In this document: positions 44,835 to 56,704 of the stretch, piece after piece
Position numbering within the stretch: the first letter of the stretch is position 1
Layout of the letters: each line of letters opens with the position of its first letter
Source of the DNA: an uncultured Caldilineaceae bacterium
GTDB lineage: Bacteria; Chloroflexota; Anaerolineae; Caldilineales; Caldilineaceae
Direction of reading: 5' to 3'
DNA length: 64,000 nucleotides
NCBI GenBank assembly: GCA_942490705.1
Contig: CALNXY010000002.1
Location: 103,980-167,979, forward strand
The notes under the pieces: model-generated
The model's input: the letters and a program-made list of their open reading frames with translations, nothing else
Databases searched by the model: none
Told to the model about the DNA's origin: nothing
Translations under genes and position numbers: made by a program

Positions 44835-47800
44835 CTACATCTGCACGAGGCCCTCGATTTCCCTGACCTCGTCGCCGCCTTGACCGTCCGCCTGGACGAT
44901 CTTTTCGTCTTCCAGCTTCAAACTAATCACTTTACTCACGCCGTCGTTGCCCATGGTGACGCCGTAGATGGCGTTGGCCCCTTCAAGCGTCCGCCGATTG
45001 TGAGTAACGATAATGAACTGCGTGTCGGCGCTCAACTCGTCCTCCACCGTCTGCCGGAAGCGATCGACGTTGGCTTCATCCAGGGCCGCATCCACTTCGT
45101 CCAGTACGCAGAATGGCGTGGGGCTCACGCGCAGGATAGCAAAGATCAGCGCGCAGGCGGACAGCGCCCGCTCACCGCCGGACAGGAGTGCGAGGCTCTG
45201 GGGACGCTTGCCGGGCGGGCGGGCGATAATTTCAATGCCCGTCTCGGTGATGTTGTCCGGTTCAGTAAGCACGAGCTTAGCGGTGCCGCCATTGAAGAGT
45301 AGTTTGAAGAAGTGTTCGAATTGAATCGAAACTGCCTTGAAGGTTCGATCCAGCTCCACTTCCATCAGGTCATCCAGTTCACGAATGACTTTGCGCAAAT
45401 CGCGCGCCGCGGCCTCAAGGTCTTCCGACTGGCTGATTAAGAAGCCATGGCGTTCAGCGGCCTCTTCGTATTCGCGTGGCGCTTCCGGATTGACGTTGCT
45501 GACCCGGCTGAGGCGTGCGCGCATCTCCCGCACTTCACTCTCCAAGCCGTCGGGCAACTCTTTGACGACGGGCAACTCCTCCACGAAGGTTGCCAGGGGC
45601 AGAGGCGGTTGATAGGCGACATCGTCGCTTTCTTCAAGCGTTACAAGACCCAAATCATGCTCGATTTCGCGATGGAGTTGAGCAATCGTATCCTCGGCAC
45701 GCTGGCGTTGCAGTTGCGCATGATTCCAGGAAGATTCATCGTTGCGCAGCAACTGCTGAAGCGTCCGTTCGCGCTTCTCCTCATCGGCCTGATTGCGTTC
45801 GAGTGCAGCGAGCTCGGTTTCGGCCGGTTCGATTTCCTGGCGCAATCCGTTGATCTTGGTGCTGAGTTCATCCTCTTGTTCGTCGAGCCGACCGATCTGC
45901 TCTTGAAGCTGCTCGGATTCGGCGCCCAACTCCACAATGCGCCGCTCCTTGGCCGCAATTTGGTCGACGATGCTCTGGCGGTTGCGGCGCTGGTTTTCCA
46001 ACAAGGTCTGTTGACTGCGCAGATGGCCCTGGGCTTCGGCCGCGGCGGCACGCAAGTCCGCCAGCTGGCGTAGCAGTTCGTCGAGGCCGGCCTGGGCCAC
46101 GTCACTCTCGGCTACCTCCAATTCAGTCGCGTTGCTTTGCCGGACGGTCGCCAACTCGGCAAGACGCAGGTTGAGCGCCGCTTCTCGCTCATCCAATCGA
46201 GTTAATTCTTCCATCGTCTGGCCAAGTCGCTCTGTCTGCCATTGTACAGCCTGGAGCGCCCGATCGTGTTGGCGCCGCAATGCTTCAATCTGCTGATTTT
46301 GCTGGCGTTCTGCACGTGCCAAGTCGGCCAGTGTCTGTTGCGTCTGCTGGATCTGCAGTTGATTCGCTTCAATCTCAGCTGCAATCGATGCGCAGCGCGT
46401 GGCTGCTTCGCCGGCTGCCTCGGATGCGCGTTCGACTTGCGCCGGCAGTTCGCGCAGTTCTCGTTCCCGCGCCAAGATGGAATCATCGCGACGACTGCGG
46501 TCGCTGCCGCCGGTGACGGAGCCGCCCGGACGGATGATCTCGCCGGCGAGGGTGACAACAGTCGGTCGTGACCCTTTCGTATGCGCGTCAAGTGCACGCC
46601 GCGCCGCATGTAGGTCTTCAGCTACCCAAACGCGCCCCAGCAGTTGAGCCACAGCATCGCTGATCGTTGCGTCGAAGGTGACCAGATCGGCGGCGTTGCC
46701 CAAAATGCCGGCTGAATTCGGCGCAGGTATGCCGGGCAAAAGATGGAGACGGTCTAGAGGTAGAAAGGTCGCTCGCCCCTGGCCGCCCTGCTTGAGGCGG
46801 TCGATTGCGGCTTGGGCCGTTCGCCAGTCACGGGTCACGATGTTTTGCATGGCGCCGCCCAGTGCTGTCTCAATGGCTTTGTCCAGGTGAGAGGGCACAT
46901 GAAGCATGGCTGCCACAGTGCCCAGCACGCCCGCAAGCTGGGCCTCTCCGCTTTGTGCGCTCTGAAGAATCGTTCGTACGCCGCTGGCATAGCCGGCGCC
47001 CTCATCGTGCAAGCGCTGCAGTAGATCCAGGCGTGTCTGCAGGCGATCAACTGCTCGGTCTGCATCCTGGCGCGCTTTCTCAGCGCTCGCTAGCTCTTGC
47101 TGCCTGCTCGTAATGGCAGGCTCCATGTCTGCAATCGTCGCTTCGAGCGCCGTCACCTCTTCTTCCAGGCGCTGGCGTTCTGCTTCCTGGCCACGTAGCG
47201 CTGATTCATGTTCCTGAGCGCTTGTTGCCGCGGCCTGCTGTGCGCTTTCCTGGGTTTCCGCGTCCTGCGTCAGCTGGGCGCGTCGCTCGGCAAGCTGAGT
47301 CAGGCGGGCGGCGCCTTCAGTCTGTTGACGGGTTGCGTCTTCCAGAACGCTGCGGGCGGCATCCAGCGCATCCTGTAACTGGTTGCGCTCCTCCTGGCGC
47401 TGGGCCAGAACCAACTGTATCGCGTCAACGTCGGCTTGGCGCCGCATCGATTCCTCACGCGCGGCGGTAACCTGTGCAGTCGTCTCTTCAACTCGTGCGG
47501 CCACCGTCTGCTGCTGTAGGTTGAGCGGGGCAAGCTCGCGCTGCATTTCTTCGCGACGGGATTGGTTTTGGCGCTGCCGCTCTCGTGCAACGGCCAATTC
47601 GCGGCTGGCGCTTTCGGCCGCTTGGTGGAGTCCGCTGCTCTTGCCATGCAGCCCGCCAAGTTGCTCGCGCAATTCGCTCTGACGCGTGCGAAGCACCTCG
47701 ATGCGTCCTGCCATGTTGTTCAGCGCTTGCTGACGTGTCACCACGCTCTGCTGAAACTTTTTTTCTTCACTGTTAAATCGTTCCAGTTGGGCAATCGCAT

Positions 47801-48506
47801 CATGCCAGCGGAAACCATACCAAACCCGCAGCAATCCGCGCAGGTCATTGGCAATTTGCTCACGCTCGTAGGCCCGATCCGCCTGGCGTTTCAAATATTT
47901 GAGACGCGGGCTGAGCTCCGCCACGATGTCCTGGACGCGGGTAAGATTTTGCTGGGTGGCATCCAATCGGCGCAGGGTCGTCCTGCGTTTGAGCTGATAA
48001 CCGGTGATGCCGGCCGCTTCCTCAAAGAGCGCGCGTCGCTCTTCCGGTGCGAGGCTGAGTACCTTGTCGATTAACCCCTGGCCGATCAACGCATACGTAC
48101 GCTTACCAAGTCCGGTCTGGGCCAGCAGCTCGGTGATGTCCATGAGGCGCACGCGCTGACCGTTGATGAGGTACTCATTGTCGCCATCGCGATAGGCGCG
48201 GCGGGTGATTTCGAGTTCCTCGTAGTCAATCGGGATTTCGCCGCTCCGATTGTCAAGCGTCAAGCTGACTTCGGCCATCCCCAGCCGCGCCTTCTTGTCG
48301 CTACCGGAGAAGATTACGTCGCTGGTCTTCTTTGAACGCAGGAGGCTGAAGCTCTGCTCGCCCAGGCACCAACGGACGGCGTCGACGATGTTGCTCTTCC
48401 CCGAACCATTGGGACCGACCACAGCCGTGATGCCAGGGTCGAAGACGAATTCAGTTTTTGTGGCAAAGGTTTTGAACCCTTGGATAACGACTCGTTTGAT
48501 GCGCAT
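44835..48506 (-). CDS. smc: Chromosome segregation protein SMC
   Basis: 1223 aa. Walker A (GPNGSGKSN), long coiled coils, a hinge, and a C-terminal LSGGE...[11 protein letters not shown]. Confidence 0.95.
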   Translation of the reverse strand: MRIKRVVIQGFKTFATKTEFVFDPGITAVVGPNGSGKSNIVDAVRWCLGEQSFSLLRSKKTSDVIFSGSDKKARLGMAEVSLTLDNRSGEIPIDYEELEITRRAYRDGDNEYLINGQRVRLMDITELLAQTGLGKRTYALIGQGLIDKVLSLAPEERRALFEEAAGITGYQLKRRTTLRRLDATQQNLTRVQDIVAELSPRLKYLKRQADRAYEREQIANDLRGLLRVWYGFRWHDAIAQLERFNSEEKKFQQSVVTRQQALNNMAGRIEVLRTRQSELREQLGGLHGKSSGLHQAAESASRELAVARERQRQNQSRREEMQRELAPLNLQQQTVAARVEETTAQVTAAREESMRRQADVDAIQLVLAQRQEERNQLQDALDAARSVLEDATRQQTEGAARLTQLAERRAQLTQDAETQESAQQAAATSAQEHESALRGQEAERQRLEEEVTALEATIADMEPAITSRQQELASAEKARQDADRAVDRLQTRLDLLQRLHDEGAGYASGVRTILQSAQSGEAQLAGVLGTVAAMLHVPSHLDKAIETALGGAMQNIVTRDWRTAQAAIDRLKQGGQGRATFLPLDRLHLLPGIPAPNSAGILGNAADLVTFDATISDAVAQLLGRVWVAEDLHAARRALDAHTKGSRPTVVTLAGEIIRPGGSVTGGSDRSRRDDSILARERELRELPAQVERASEAAGEAATRCASIAAEIEANQLQIQQTQQTLADLARAERQQNQQIEALRRQHDRALQAVQWQTERLGQTMEELTRLDEREAALNLRLAELATVRQSNATELEVAESDVAQAGLDELLRQLADLRAAAAEAQGHLRSQQTLLENQRRNRQSIVDQIAAKERRIVELGAESEQLQEQIGRLDEQEDELSTKINGLRQEIEPAETELAALERNQADEEKRERTLQQLLRNDESSWNHAQLQRQRAEDTIAQLHREIEHDLGLVTLEESDDVAYQPPLPLATFVEELPVVKELPDGLESEVREMRARLSRVSNVNPEAPREYEEAAERHGFLISQSEDLEAAARDLRKVIRELDDLMEVELDRTFKAVSIQFEHFFKLLFNGGTAKLVLTEPDNITETGIEIIARPPGKRPQSLALLSGGERALSACALIFAILRVSPTPFCVLDEVDAALDEANVDRFRQTVEDELSADTQFIIVTHNRRTLEGANAIYGVTMGNDGVSKVISLKLEDEKIVQADGQGGDEVREIEGLVQM

Positions 48507-48771
48507 AAAGAGATTATTCGGTGCGATGGCGATGTTCGTGCAATCGATTGGGCGGTACCTGCGGATAACGCTGATTCGCGCAATTGCGCGGTCGGAAGCC
48601 GAGCCTGGCTATGGCATAAGGTCGCGGCAACCACCCAACGTATGAAGCCAGCGCCGGTTGAGCCTGTCGAAATCAAGCGGGTTGGCACCGGCTCGGTTAG
48701 CTTCGACTCGCTCAGTCCAAGCAGGCTTCTTCGGTGTTGCTGCCCCACTCACCAGCTTGAGTCCAAGCCGC

Positions 48772-49515
48772 TTACCCGTTGACAAAAAGGCTGCGCCAAG
48801 GGCCGGGCAGCATATATTCGAGCAATAGCGCCAGAATGAGCATGCCCAAGGATGCCAGCAGAAGCGTCCTGCGTTGCGTCCAAATTCGCGCAGGCGACCA
48901 GTTCCCTGTCCACATGGGTTCAGCAAAGAGCGCGACAAAGCCGATGAACGCAGCAATGCGCAGCATGGCCCATGGGAAAAATACGACCAATGCAAAGACT
49001 CCCTGATCCAAGTTGGCCAGCAGTTTGCCGCTCACGAATGCGGTCTGATTGACGGTTTGCAGCAGCGTCCAAATACCAATTAGGCCGCCGCTCACGTATG
49101 AACCTGCGGTCACGGCCAGGAATGCGATCAATCTCGCCAAGGGCGTCGTTTGCTCGGTTCCCGGATAGGCTACATCCGTGTAGAGCCATTCGAGCGTAGA
49201 CGTGCTCAGATCGAAACCGTCGCGGATTGCTCCGTCAATGCGATCGCCGGCAGCGTATGCCACCCAGCCGATCACGAGCGCCTGCGTCAACACCCAGAGC
49301 ACCAGCATCCTGAGGGTGACGCCCATGGCGTCCGCGCCACCTGCAGAGCCCGTACGCAGCGCCACGCCGAGGAGAATCGTCAGGGTCACGCTCTGTAGCA
49401 GAATCAGTAAAAACGCCTGGCCGAAGAAGGCCGGAATAACTGTGGTTAGGATGGCAAAGACGCCGACCGCTGCCAGAAAGAGCGGATCGCGCGCCACGCT
49501 ATACTCAGAGTTCAT
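48772..49515 (-). CDS. Integral membrane protein, function unknown
   Basis: 247-aa ORF with about six hydrophobic segments. No motif recognised. Confidence 0.5.
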   Translation of the reverse strand: MNSEYSVARDPLFLAAVGVFAILTTVIPAFFGQAFLLILLQSVTLTILLGVALRTGSAGGADAMGVTLRMLVLWVLTQALVIGWVAYAAGDRIDGAIRDGFDLSTSTLEWLYTDVAYPGTEQTTPLARLIAFLAVTAGSYVSGGLIGIWTLLQTVNQTAFVSGKLLANLDQGVFALVVFFPWAMLRIAAFIGFVALFAEPMWTGNWSPARIWTQRRTLLLASLGMLILALLLEYMLPGPWRSLFVNG

Positions 49516-49753
49516 GCGGGTTGCAACCCTTTTTCAGCGGCTCGTTTGGCCCAACGCTCGAGCCTGGAGATTATATCACCGGCCAATCGTCTGACCTAAC
49601 ATACGTCTTTCCAAGTGTGCATACCAGGTTGGGGGGTACTCTAGCACAAGCGACCAGTTCGCTCGCGTACCGCCCTCCAAAATGAAATGCGCCCTCTTTC
49701 TCTACGGGCAGGATGGCTCACTTGGCGGGTCACCAGGATGAGCGTCATTTCCC

Positions 49754-49788
49754 ACAAAAAAGAGGCGCCCGAACGAGCGGGCGCCTCT
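49754..49788 (-). terminator. Intrinsic terminator of the Rieske-cytochrome b-cytochrome c operon
   Basis: On the minus strand: AGAGGCGCCC-GCTCGTTC-GGGCGCCTCT (10-bp perfect stem) followed by TTTTTG, 20 nt after the cytochrome c stop. Confidence 0.8.
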
Positions 49789-49807
49789 AGACTGATTGGG
49801 GACGTTG

Positions 49808-50785
49808 CTACTGTGTCAACAGCCAGTCGACCAAACCCTGCAATTCTTCTTCCGTCATCTGCTCTGCCAGGTTGGCGGGCATGATGTTGGCGTTGTAGCC
49901 AGTATTCACGTAGTCGTTGGGATTGACGATACTGTTCGTAACGTAGGTCTCAGCATCTTGCCCATCGATACGGGTCGGCGCATTCTCTGCCAGGTTACCC
50001 AGATGCGGACCCACAGGCCCACGGTTGCTGTCCGTTTGGTCCTCATCCAGATTGTGACAGCCCACACAGCCCATGGTGTTGAACAGCGTCTCCGGATCGC
50101 GTGGTTCGTCGCTCGCAACTGCGTCGCCCTCAGCCGGCGGCGGAGCTTCCACGCCGTCGATCGAGTAGTTTACGGCGCCGGCAGCCTCTGCCGCGGCAAT
50201 GGCCTCTTCCAGCTTCATGTCATACCCCGGTTCGTCAGGGTTGTAGGGAAGCTGCTTGGAAAGCGCATCCTGATAGAAGATCCACGGATCTTCTTCCGGC
50301 GTTTGGGCCAAGGCTTCCGCTTCCCAATTCTTGACAAAGAGCACCAGATGATCAATCTGATCCGGGCGGAGGGGACCGCCAAACTCATTGCCCCAGGTTG
50401 GCATAATGTTGACCCACTGCGTGTCGGTCTTTGTCGGTCGACCAGCGTGTAGCGTCAACGCAATGTATTGATCCATCGTGCCAGACCAGCCCACGTCGTC
50501 CAGGCGTTGGGTGAAGTAGTAGCGACTGTTGAGCGCTGGCGCCACGTTTGGCGCCAGGCCCTTGCCATTGCCAGCATGACAGGAGGCGCAGTTGCCATAG
50601 AAGAGCTCGGCGCCCAACTCGATACTGCGTCCATCCCAACTCGCTGTCTGCGCTTCCATTCTCGGCGTTTCGATCATGCCCTGAAAGAGTATGATCGCCA
50701 GCGTGAGCAAGATGAACAGGGTGGCCAGACCGATCTTAGCGATGGGTGATCTGACGTAGAGAAAGTCATACCAAGGTTTACGCAT
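49808..50785 (-). CDS. Membrane-anchored diheme c-type cytochrome (bc-complex cytochrome c subunit)
   Basis: 325 aa. N-terminal TM anchor and two CxxCH motifs (CASCH, CVGCH). It follows the cytochrome b gene by 6 nt. Confidence 0.8.
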   Translation of the reverse strand: MRKPWYDFLYVRSPIAKIGLATLFILLTLAIILFQGMIETPRMEAQTASWDGRSIELGAELFYGNCASCHAGNGKGLAPNVAPALNSRYYFTQRLDDVGWSGTMDQYIALTLHAGRPTKTDTQWVNIMPTWGNEFGGPLRPDQIDHLVLFVKNWEAEALAQTPEEDPWIFYQDALSKQLPYNPDEPGYDMKLEEAIAAAEAAGAVNYSIDGVEAPPPAEGDAVASDEPRDPETLFNTMGCVGCHNLDEDQTDSNRGPVGPHLGNLAENAPTRIDGQDAETYVTNSIVNPNDYVNTGYNANIMPANLAEQMTEEELQGLVDWLLTQ

Positions 50786-50791
50786 GATACC

Positions 50792-52486
50792 TTATTGCTC
50801 CTCTGCCGCATCCGTGAGGAAGCTGAAGTCCTTGAAGCCGTACTCTTCCCAGTACAGAGAATCCTGGTGCAGGAAGAAGTGGCGTTCAAACGTGTTATCC
50901 AGGCCAGTCCCATCCTGCCAGAAAACTTCCCAATTCAGACGCTTCAACTCAGGCTGCTCCTGGGTAACGGTCAGGATGCCATACGCCTCATTGAAATCCG
51001 GATCGGCCCTGTCCCACGTCTTAAGGCTGAGCTCGAACTCATGTAGAATATCATGCATGTTTTCAGAACAGCGTGGCAGCATGACGCTGATCACAGGAAT
51101 GCGAGACCAGACCTGGACCGGAATCGGGCAGGGCTCAGGTACAAAGATTTCGGATGGATGCAGCCGTGAATCGTAGATGCCGTTGGGCACCTCACTATAG
51201 CCGACTTCACGCACCAGGCCTGCCCCTTCTTCAGGCATCAATTCCTGGACAACTTCCACCGCCGGGCCGGCCTGGGCCGCGTACTGGGGCGTGCCCATGT
51301 AGCTCAGGATAATCATCACGACGCCGGCGACGATGCCGCTGATGATCGCAACGCGGCGATCCTTGGCACGGCGGCTCGGATTGGGATCCAGGTAGGGGAT
51401 CGCCATGAGTAAGACCAGCAGCACCCCGGGTATAACCACGCCGGCTATGGTCTTGTCGGCAATCTTTAGTAAGCCTTGCAGCCAGTAGAAGTACCAGGGC
51501 GCCACCGTGTGCAGGGGGGTGACCTGGGGATTGGCAATCGTTTCCAGCGGCGCTGTGAAGAAGAAGGTCGCGGCCAGGACCATGAAAGCCGAGAAGCCGA
51601 TCAGGAACGCTGCCTCATCGATCATGACATCAGGCAGGAAGTAGACGCGACGGTCAGCAGGCACCTTATTGGCCGTGTCCTGGCCCACTTCTTCCTCTTG
51701 CGCCGGCAAGCTGATGCCGAAGTGCACAACCTTGTAGTAGTGCACGAAGAAGAAAAGAAAGAGCACAAGCGGCAGGAAGAGCACATGGAGCAGATAGAAG
51801 CGCAGGAGTCCGTTCGCGCCAATATCCGGCGCGCCGCGTGCGAGTAAGTTAACCGTCTCACCCACAATGGCCGGCGGCACCGCTTCGGCCATGGACGTAC
51901 CAATCGTCACCGCCCAGAAGGCAAGCTGATCCCACGGCAGAAGGTAGCCCGAAAAGCTAAGAAAGAGGGTGAGCACCAGAAGAATTACGCCCGTGAACCA
52001 GGTAAACTGGCGGGGCGGTTTATAACTGCCTGTCAAGTAAGTACGGACCATATGTAAGGTAACGATGGCCACCATCGCTTCCGCACCGAGACGATGCAGG
52101 TCACGCATGAATTGGCCAAACGGGACATTGCTTAGAATGTTGAGCATGTCTGCGTAGGCGCGTTCAGGCGATGGTGCGTACCAAATCATCAGGTACATGC
52201 CCGTAACGACCTCAAAGAAGAAAATGTAGGTCGATAACAGGCCGAGGCGGAACGTGTGTGTAAAGCGCGTTACGCTCTCATGGTAATACGAAGGTTTGAT
52301 GTGAAGTAAGAAGGTTTCTGAGTGTGGCTTCAGCCGCGGATTCGGTCGGCCGGGCGCCTCACCGCGCAGCATGCCGCGGAACTCGCCAGCGCTGATGCCC
52401 GCGGTAATCCGCGTAAAGACATCATCCGCCGCGCTTCCCGCACTCTGCAGAAATCCCTTCTTTTCAACATCGGGTTGAACAGCCAT
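50792..52486 (-). CDS. Cytochrome b (b6 plus subunit-IV-like regions fused) with a C-terminal soluble extension
   Basis: The ORF was trimmed to the ATG at 52486, which follows GGAG. It has multiple TM helices with conserved His (..[12 protein letters not shown].., ..[10 protein letters not shown]..) and PWYFYW (a PEWY-like motif). The last roughly 164 aa are non-hydrophobic. Confidence 0.85.
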   Translation of the reverse strand: MAVQPDVEKKGFLQSAGSAADDVFTRITAGISAGEFRGMLRGEAPGRPNPRLKPHSETFLLHIKPSYYHESVTRFTHTFRLGLLSTYIFFFEVVTGMYLMIWYAPSPERAYADMLNILSNVPFGQFMRDLHRLGAEAMVAIVTLHMVRTYLTGSYKPPRQFTWFTGVILLVLTLFLSFSGYLLPWDQLAFWAVTIGTSMAEAVPPAIVGETVNLLARGAPDIGANGLLRFYLLHVLFLPLVLFLFFFVHYYKVVHFGISLPAQEEEVGQDTANKVPADRRVYFLPDVMIDEAAFLIGFSAFMVLAATFFFTAPLETIANPQVTPLHTVAPWYFYWLQGLLKIADKTIAGVVIPGVLLVLLMAIPYLDPNPSRRAKDRRVAIISGIVAGVVMIILSYMGTPQYAAQAGPAVEVVQELMPEEGAGLVREVGYSEVPNGIYDSRLHPSEIFVPEPCPIPVQVWSRIPVISVMLPRCSENMHDILHEFELSLKTWDRADPDFNEAYGILTVTQEQPELKRLNWEVFWQDGTGLDNTFERHFFLHQDSLYWEEYGFKDFSFLTDAAEEQ

Positions 52487-52583
52487 TGGAACTCCGTTTC
52501 TTTCCCAGACCAATTAGTTTCTACGAAGCCATCAACAGTGAAATGCTTCTCAGAAGTTTACAACCAGTTGTCGAGTAGGTAAT

Positions 52584-53504
52584 TTAGGCAGGAGCCTTGG
52601 CCGGCGAGTCTGCGGCCGGCTCGCCATTGACGCGCGCACCGGTATCCACCACAAATTCGCCATTTTCTTCCGTAATCACGAAATGATCGAGCGAACGGGG
52701 GGCAGGACCTTCAATGAAATAACCTTCACGCGTGAACTTTGAGCCATGACATGGGCACTCAAAGCTGTTGTTTTCACCAACCCATTTATAAAGGCAGCCT
52801 AGATGGGTACAGACCATGTAGATCGCCTTAGGGCCCTCGCCCTCGATATTGACCCACCAGAATTTGCCGGCGCTCTCTGCAATCGGCGCAGCGTCTGCAG
52901 GCGGGACGCTGGTGGTCGGTCCCATGTAGAATTTGCCGCCAAATTCGCCAGCCTGGAAGCGCGGATACATGAAGAAGAATGTAACGACGCCAGTCTGCAA
53001 GAGAAGCAGGCCCATGGCGCCGCCCCAGGCGTAGGTTATGAATTCGCGCCGATTCATTTGGCGCGTCTCGTACTGGGCTTCGGTCAGGCTCTCCTTGGGG
53101 CGGAAGACGGAGGCGGTTGCAGCGGAAGCGGGTATAGCAATGCTAGCACCATTACCGTTAATCAACACTTCGCCATTTGAAGCAGAGGCGACAGCAACAT
53201 GGTCATTCTCTGCAGTCGCTGCTGCCAGCTTATCCGTAACGTCATCTGCATCTGCCTCAACGGTCACCGCTTTCACATCAGCGCTATCCGTATCGATCGC
53301 CGCAACAACCGTCTCACCGGCTTCGGTTTCAGCCACGGCGACAACGGTTTCAGCCTTGTCTGGTGTGCTAGTTGAAGCTCCTGAAGCAGACTCAGCTCTA
53401 GCAGCCGCGGCCTGATTCTTTTTTGCCGCTTCCTGCGCCTTCTTCTTCAGTTCTGCGATGCGATTCGCCCGTTCGTCGCCGCTCAGGTCGGAGATATTTG
53501 CCAT
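52584..53504 (-). CDS. Rieske [2Fe-2S] subunit of a menaquinol:cytochrome c reductase-like complex
   Basis: [10 protein letters not shown] and CPCHGSKF cluster-binding boxes. A twin-arginine motif (NRREFITYA) precedes the TM. A GAAGGAG RBS precedes the ATG at 53504. An alternative internal start at 53057 would remove a 149-aa acidic/Ala-rich extension. Confidence 0.8.
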   Translation of the reverse strand: MANISDLSGDERANRIAELKKKAQEAAKKNQAAAARAESASGASTSTPDKAETVVAVAETEAGETVVAAIDTDSADVKAVTVEADADDVTDKLAAATAENDHVAVASASNGEVLINGNGASIAIPASAATASVFRPKESLTEAQYETRQMNRREFITYAWGGAMGLLLLQTGVVTFFFMYPRFQAGEFGGKFYMGPTTSVPPADAAPIAESAGKFWWVNIEGEGPKAIYMVCTHLGCLYKWVGENNSFECPCHGSKFTREGYFIEGPAPRSLDHFVITEENGEFVVDTGARVNGEPAADSPAKAPA

Positions 53505-53635
53505 ATGGGTCCGGTCTCCTTCAAGTAGTTCCGGTCGCGGTCAAATGATGCGCAGTTGCGTACGTTGTACTGCTTTTGACCGCCACGATGAGTAGTACGG
53601 GGACAATTGTCTGCCAGACTACAATTGGTTGTCGA

Positions 53636-53664
53636 CTATAGCACACGCCTTTGGCATTGTCAAA
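53636..53664 (-). promoter_or_regulatory. Near-consensus sigma-70 promoter of the Rieske/cytochrome bc operon
   Basis: The minus strand reads TTGACA (53664..53659), 17-nt spacer, TATAGT (53641..53636). Confidence 0.65.
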
Positions 53665-53825
53665 ATTATCACAAACTTTCAGACCCTACAATTTGCGACC
53701 GAATTGAACCCATATTAGCGCCATTTTTGGACGGAGTTCGTGGGGATTGTTCCATTATTCACAATAGCTGTGGAATCAACTTTGACATCAGCGAGGCGTA
53801 GTCGGCTGGTCTTGGCCAAACGCAC

Positions 53826-53883
53826 AGCGTGAAGTGCAAGGCAATGCGCCATTGAGTGCAGGATACGCCTTGCACTTCACGCT
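53826..53883 (-). terminator. Long perfect hairpin downstream of valS (candidate terminator)
   Basis: A 17-bp perfect stem, AGCGTGAAGTGCAAGGC / GCCTTGCACTTCACGCT, with a 24-nt loop, 37 nt after the valS stop. The U-tract is weak (GTGCGTTTGG). Confidence 0.5.
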
Positions 53884-53919
53884 GGATGCTTTACGAAGCG
53901 TCAGAGTTGCATCAAACGT

Positions 53920-56634
53920 CTATAGCGCACCCAATTGCTCCGCCACTTGGGTGCGCAGCAGCTCAAGCTCACGCTTGCGATCCTGCTCGCGCTGGACGAC
54001 CTCGGGCGGGGCCTTGCCGGTGAAGCCGGGGTTACTGAGCATGCCGTCAATTCGCTTGAGCTGCTTGTCGACATTCGCGAGCTCCTTTTCCAGACGCTTG
54101 CGCTCTGCCTCCAGGTCGACCATGCCGGCCAGGGGTAGAAAGACAGTAATACCGCCGGCCGTCACGGCTGCAGCTTTGGCCGGGGCTTCCTCGCTCGAGG
54201 TCAAGATTGCCTGATCACGGTCGATGCGGGCGAGGCTTGCAAGCAGGGGGATGTTCGCTTCAATTAGCGGCGCGTATTCCCTTGCGTTGAATTGGGCCAC
54301 GATGCGACGAGCCGGCTCCACGTTGTATTCGCTGCGCACATTGCGAATGGCGCGTACGATTTCCTGCATCCGTTCGAAACGATCGGCAGCCGCCTCATCG
54401 AGCTCTCCCGCTTCTGCGGGCCAGTAGGCCAGCATCAGGGCGGTCTCTTCTTCGGCCATGCCGGGTAAGTTTTGCCAGATGGCTTCGGTGACAAAGGGCA
54501 TAAACGGATGCAAAAGTCGCAGGCTCTGCTCCAGCACATGCGCCAACACCTGTCGCGTTGCTTGGGCCTCTTCCGGCGTGCCGTCATACAGCCGCACCTT
54601 CGCGGCTTCGATGTACCAGTCGCAATATTCATTCCAGAGAAATTCGTAGAGCTGGCGGCCGGCTTCGCCCAATTGCCAGGACTCGATCAGGCGTGTCGTC
54701 TCGCTGGCCACCACGGCCAGACGATGGAGGATCCAACGATCGGCCAGCGATCGTTCTGCCTCAGGCGGCAACGCATAGGTGGTCGCGAAGCGATTTTCGC
54801 CGGCATCAAGCGGCATTTCGGCATCGTCCAGGTTCATGATGACAAAGCGAGCTGCGTTCCAGATCTTGTTGGCGAAGTTGCGATTCGCCTCGATTCGGTT
54901 TGCACTTAACTTCATGTCATTGCCTGGTGTACCGCCCGTCAGCAGTGTGAAACGCAGTGCATCCGTGCCATATTGCTGGATCAAGTCGAGCGGGTCGAGC
55001 ACGTTGCCCAGGCTCTTGCTCATCTTGCGCCCGCTCTCGTCGCGCACCAGGCCATGAAGGTAGACCGTGTGGAAGGGCGCCTCACCGGTGAACTTCATGC
55101 CCATCATAATCATGCGCGCCACCCAGAAGAAAAGAATATCGTAACCCGTCTCCATGACCGATGTCGGATAATAGGTAGCCAGATCTTCTGTCCGATTGGG
55201 CCAGCCGAGCGTACTGAAGGGCCAGAGTCCGCTGCTAAACCACGTATCCAGCACGTCCGGGTCCTGTTCGAGCGCCACGGTTGTGCCATAGTGGACGATG
55301 GCTTGCTCCATGGCTTCGCTCTCGCTACGGGCCGCAAACGCGTGGCCGTCCGGACCATACCAGATGGGAATGCGATGACCCCACCAGAGTTGGCGACTGA
55401 TGCACCAATCTCGGATATTTTCCAGCCAGTGAAAGTAGACTTTTTCAAAGCGCTCCGGGACGATTTGAATGCGACCGTCACGCACCGCTTCTAAGGCGGG
55501 TTCGGCCAGGGGCTGCATACGCACGAACCACTGCGTGCTGATCAAGGGCTCAATAATCTCGCCGCCCCGCTGCGAGCGAGGCACGCGCAACGTGTAATCG
55601 TCGCTCTTGATCGTCAGGCCGGCTGCTTCCATATCGGCCCAGAGCTGCTCGCGTGCGGCAAAGCGATCGAGCCCCACGTATGGACCCGCCTCTTCGTTCA
55701 GGGTGGCGTCCTTGTTCATAATGTTGATGATCGGGAGGTGGTGACGCTGACCGATCTCGTAGTCGTTGGGATCATGGCCGGGCGTGATCTTGAGCGCGCC
55801 GGTGCCGAACTCCCGATCCACGTATTCGTCGGCGATGATTGGGATCTTCCGCCCCAGAATGGGCACAACCACCTTGCGCCCGATCATGGCTTGGTAGCGC
55901 TCGTCATCAGGATGGACGGCCACCGCCGTGTCGCCCAAGATGGTCTCGGGCCGCGTCGTGGCTACGGAGACATACTCGTCGCCGTCGGCGAGCTGATATT
56001 TAAAGAAGTAGAGCTTGCCTGGCTCCTCGCTGTACTCCACTTCCAGATCCGAGACTGCAGTTTGCAGGCTGGGTGACCAGTTGACGAGGTAAGTGTCCCG
56101 GTAGATCAGGCCTTCATTGTAGAGCGAAATGAACGCGTTGAGGACCGCATCACTCAGGCCGTCGTCGAGCGTGAAACGCTCACGCTTCCAGTCGCACGAG
56201 ATGCCCATGCGCTTCTGCTGCGCCGTGATTCGGCTGTGGTATTCGTCTTTCCAATCCCACACCTCCTGCACAAAGCGGTCACGCCCGATTTCCAACCGGC
56301 TTGTGCCCTGCTGCTCCAGCTTGCGCTCCACCACACTCTGGGTGGCAATCCCCGCGTGATCCGTGCCCGGAACCCACAGCGTCGGCCGACCCGTCATGCG
56401 GTTGTAGCGGATCAGCAGATCCTCGATGCTGCTGGTGATGGCATGGCCCAGATGAAGCGCACCGGTCACGTTGGGCGGCGGCATGGAGATGACGAATGGC
56501 TGTGCGTCTGCGCGGACCTGACCGAGTTCGATTTGCGCTTCGGGGCGGAAGAAGCCGTGGTGTTCCCACCACTCGTAAAGCTCCTCTTCAACTTTCAGGT
56601 GTTCATATGCCTTGGGCATGGCTGTATCGGGCAT
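53920..56634 (-). CDS. valS: Valine--tRNA ligase
   Basis: 904 aa. HIGH-type (PNVTGALHLGHA) and KMSKS motifs, a CP1 editing domain and a C-terminal coiled coil. It is preceded by a Val-specific T-box leader. Confidence 0.95.
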   Translation of the reverse strand: MPDTAMPKAYEHLKVEEELYEWWEHHGFFRPEAQIELGQVRADAQPFVISMPPPNVTGALHLGHAITSSIEDLLIRYNRMTGRPTLWVPGTDHAGIATQSVVERKLEQQGTSRLEIGRDRFVQEVWDWKDEYHSRITAQQKRMGISCDWKRERFTLDDGLSDAVLNAFISLYNEGLIYRDTYLVNWSPSLQTAVSDLEVEYSEEPGKLYFFKYQLADGDEYVSVATTRPETILGDTAVAVHPDDERYQAMIGRKVVVPILGRKIPIIADEYVDREFGTGALKITPGHDPNDYEIGQRHHLPIINIMNKDATLNEEAGPYVGLDRFAAREQLWADMEAAGLTIKSDDYTLRVPRSQRGGEIIEPLISTQWFVRMQPLAEPALEAVRDGRIQIVPERFEKVYFHWLENIRDWCISRQLWWGHRIPIWYGPDGHAFAARSESEAMEQAIVHYGTTVALEQDPDVLDTWFSSGLWPFSTLGWPNRTEDLATYYPTSVMETGYDILFFWVARMIMMGMKFTGEAPFHTVYLHGLVRDESGRKMSKSLGNVLDPLDLIQQYGTDALRFTLLTGGTPGNDMKLSANRIEANRNFANKIWNAARFVIMNLDDAEMPLDAGENRFATTYALPPEAERSLADRWILHRLAVVASETTRLIESWQLGEAGRQLYEFLWNEYCDWYIEAAKVRLYDGTPEEAQATRQVLAHVLEQSLRLLHPFMPFVTEAIWQNLPGMAEEETALMLAYWPAEAGELDEAAADRFERMQEIVRAIRNVRSEYNVEPARRIVAQFNAREYAPLIEANIPLLASLARIDRDQAILTSSEEAPAKAAAVTAGGITVFLPLAGMVDLEAERKRLEKELANVDKQLKRIDGMLSNPGFTGKAPPEVVQREQDRKRELELLRTQVAEQLGAL

Positions 56635-56704
56635 TGCGTTCCTCTACCGTCTCTCATGGTACGACCTGCTGTAGGATGAAGTGCGAGCCGTATCGGTTCT
56701 GTGA

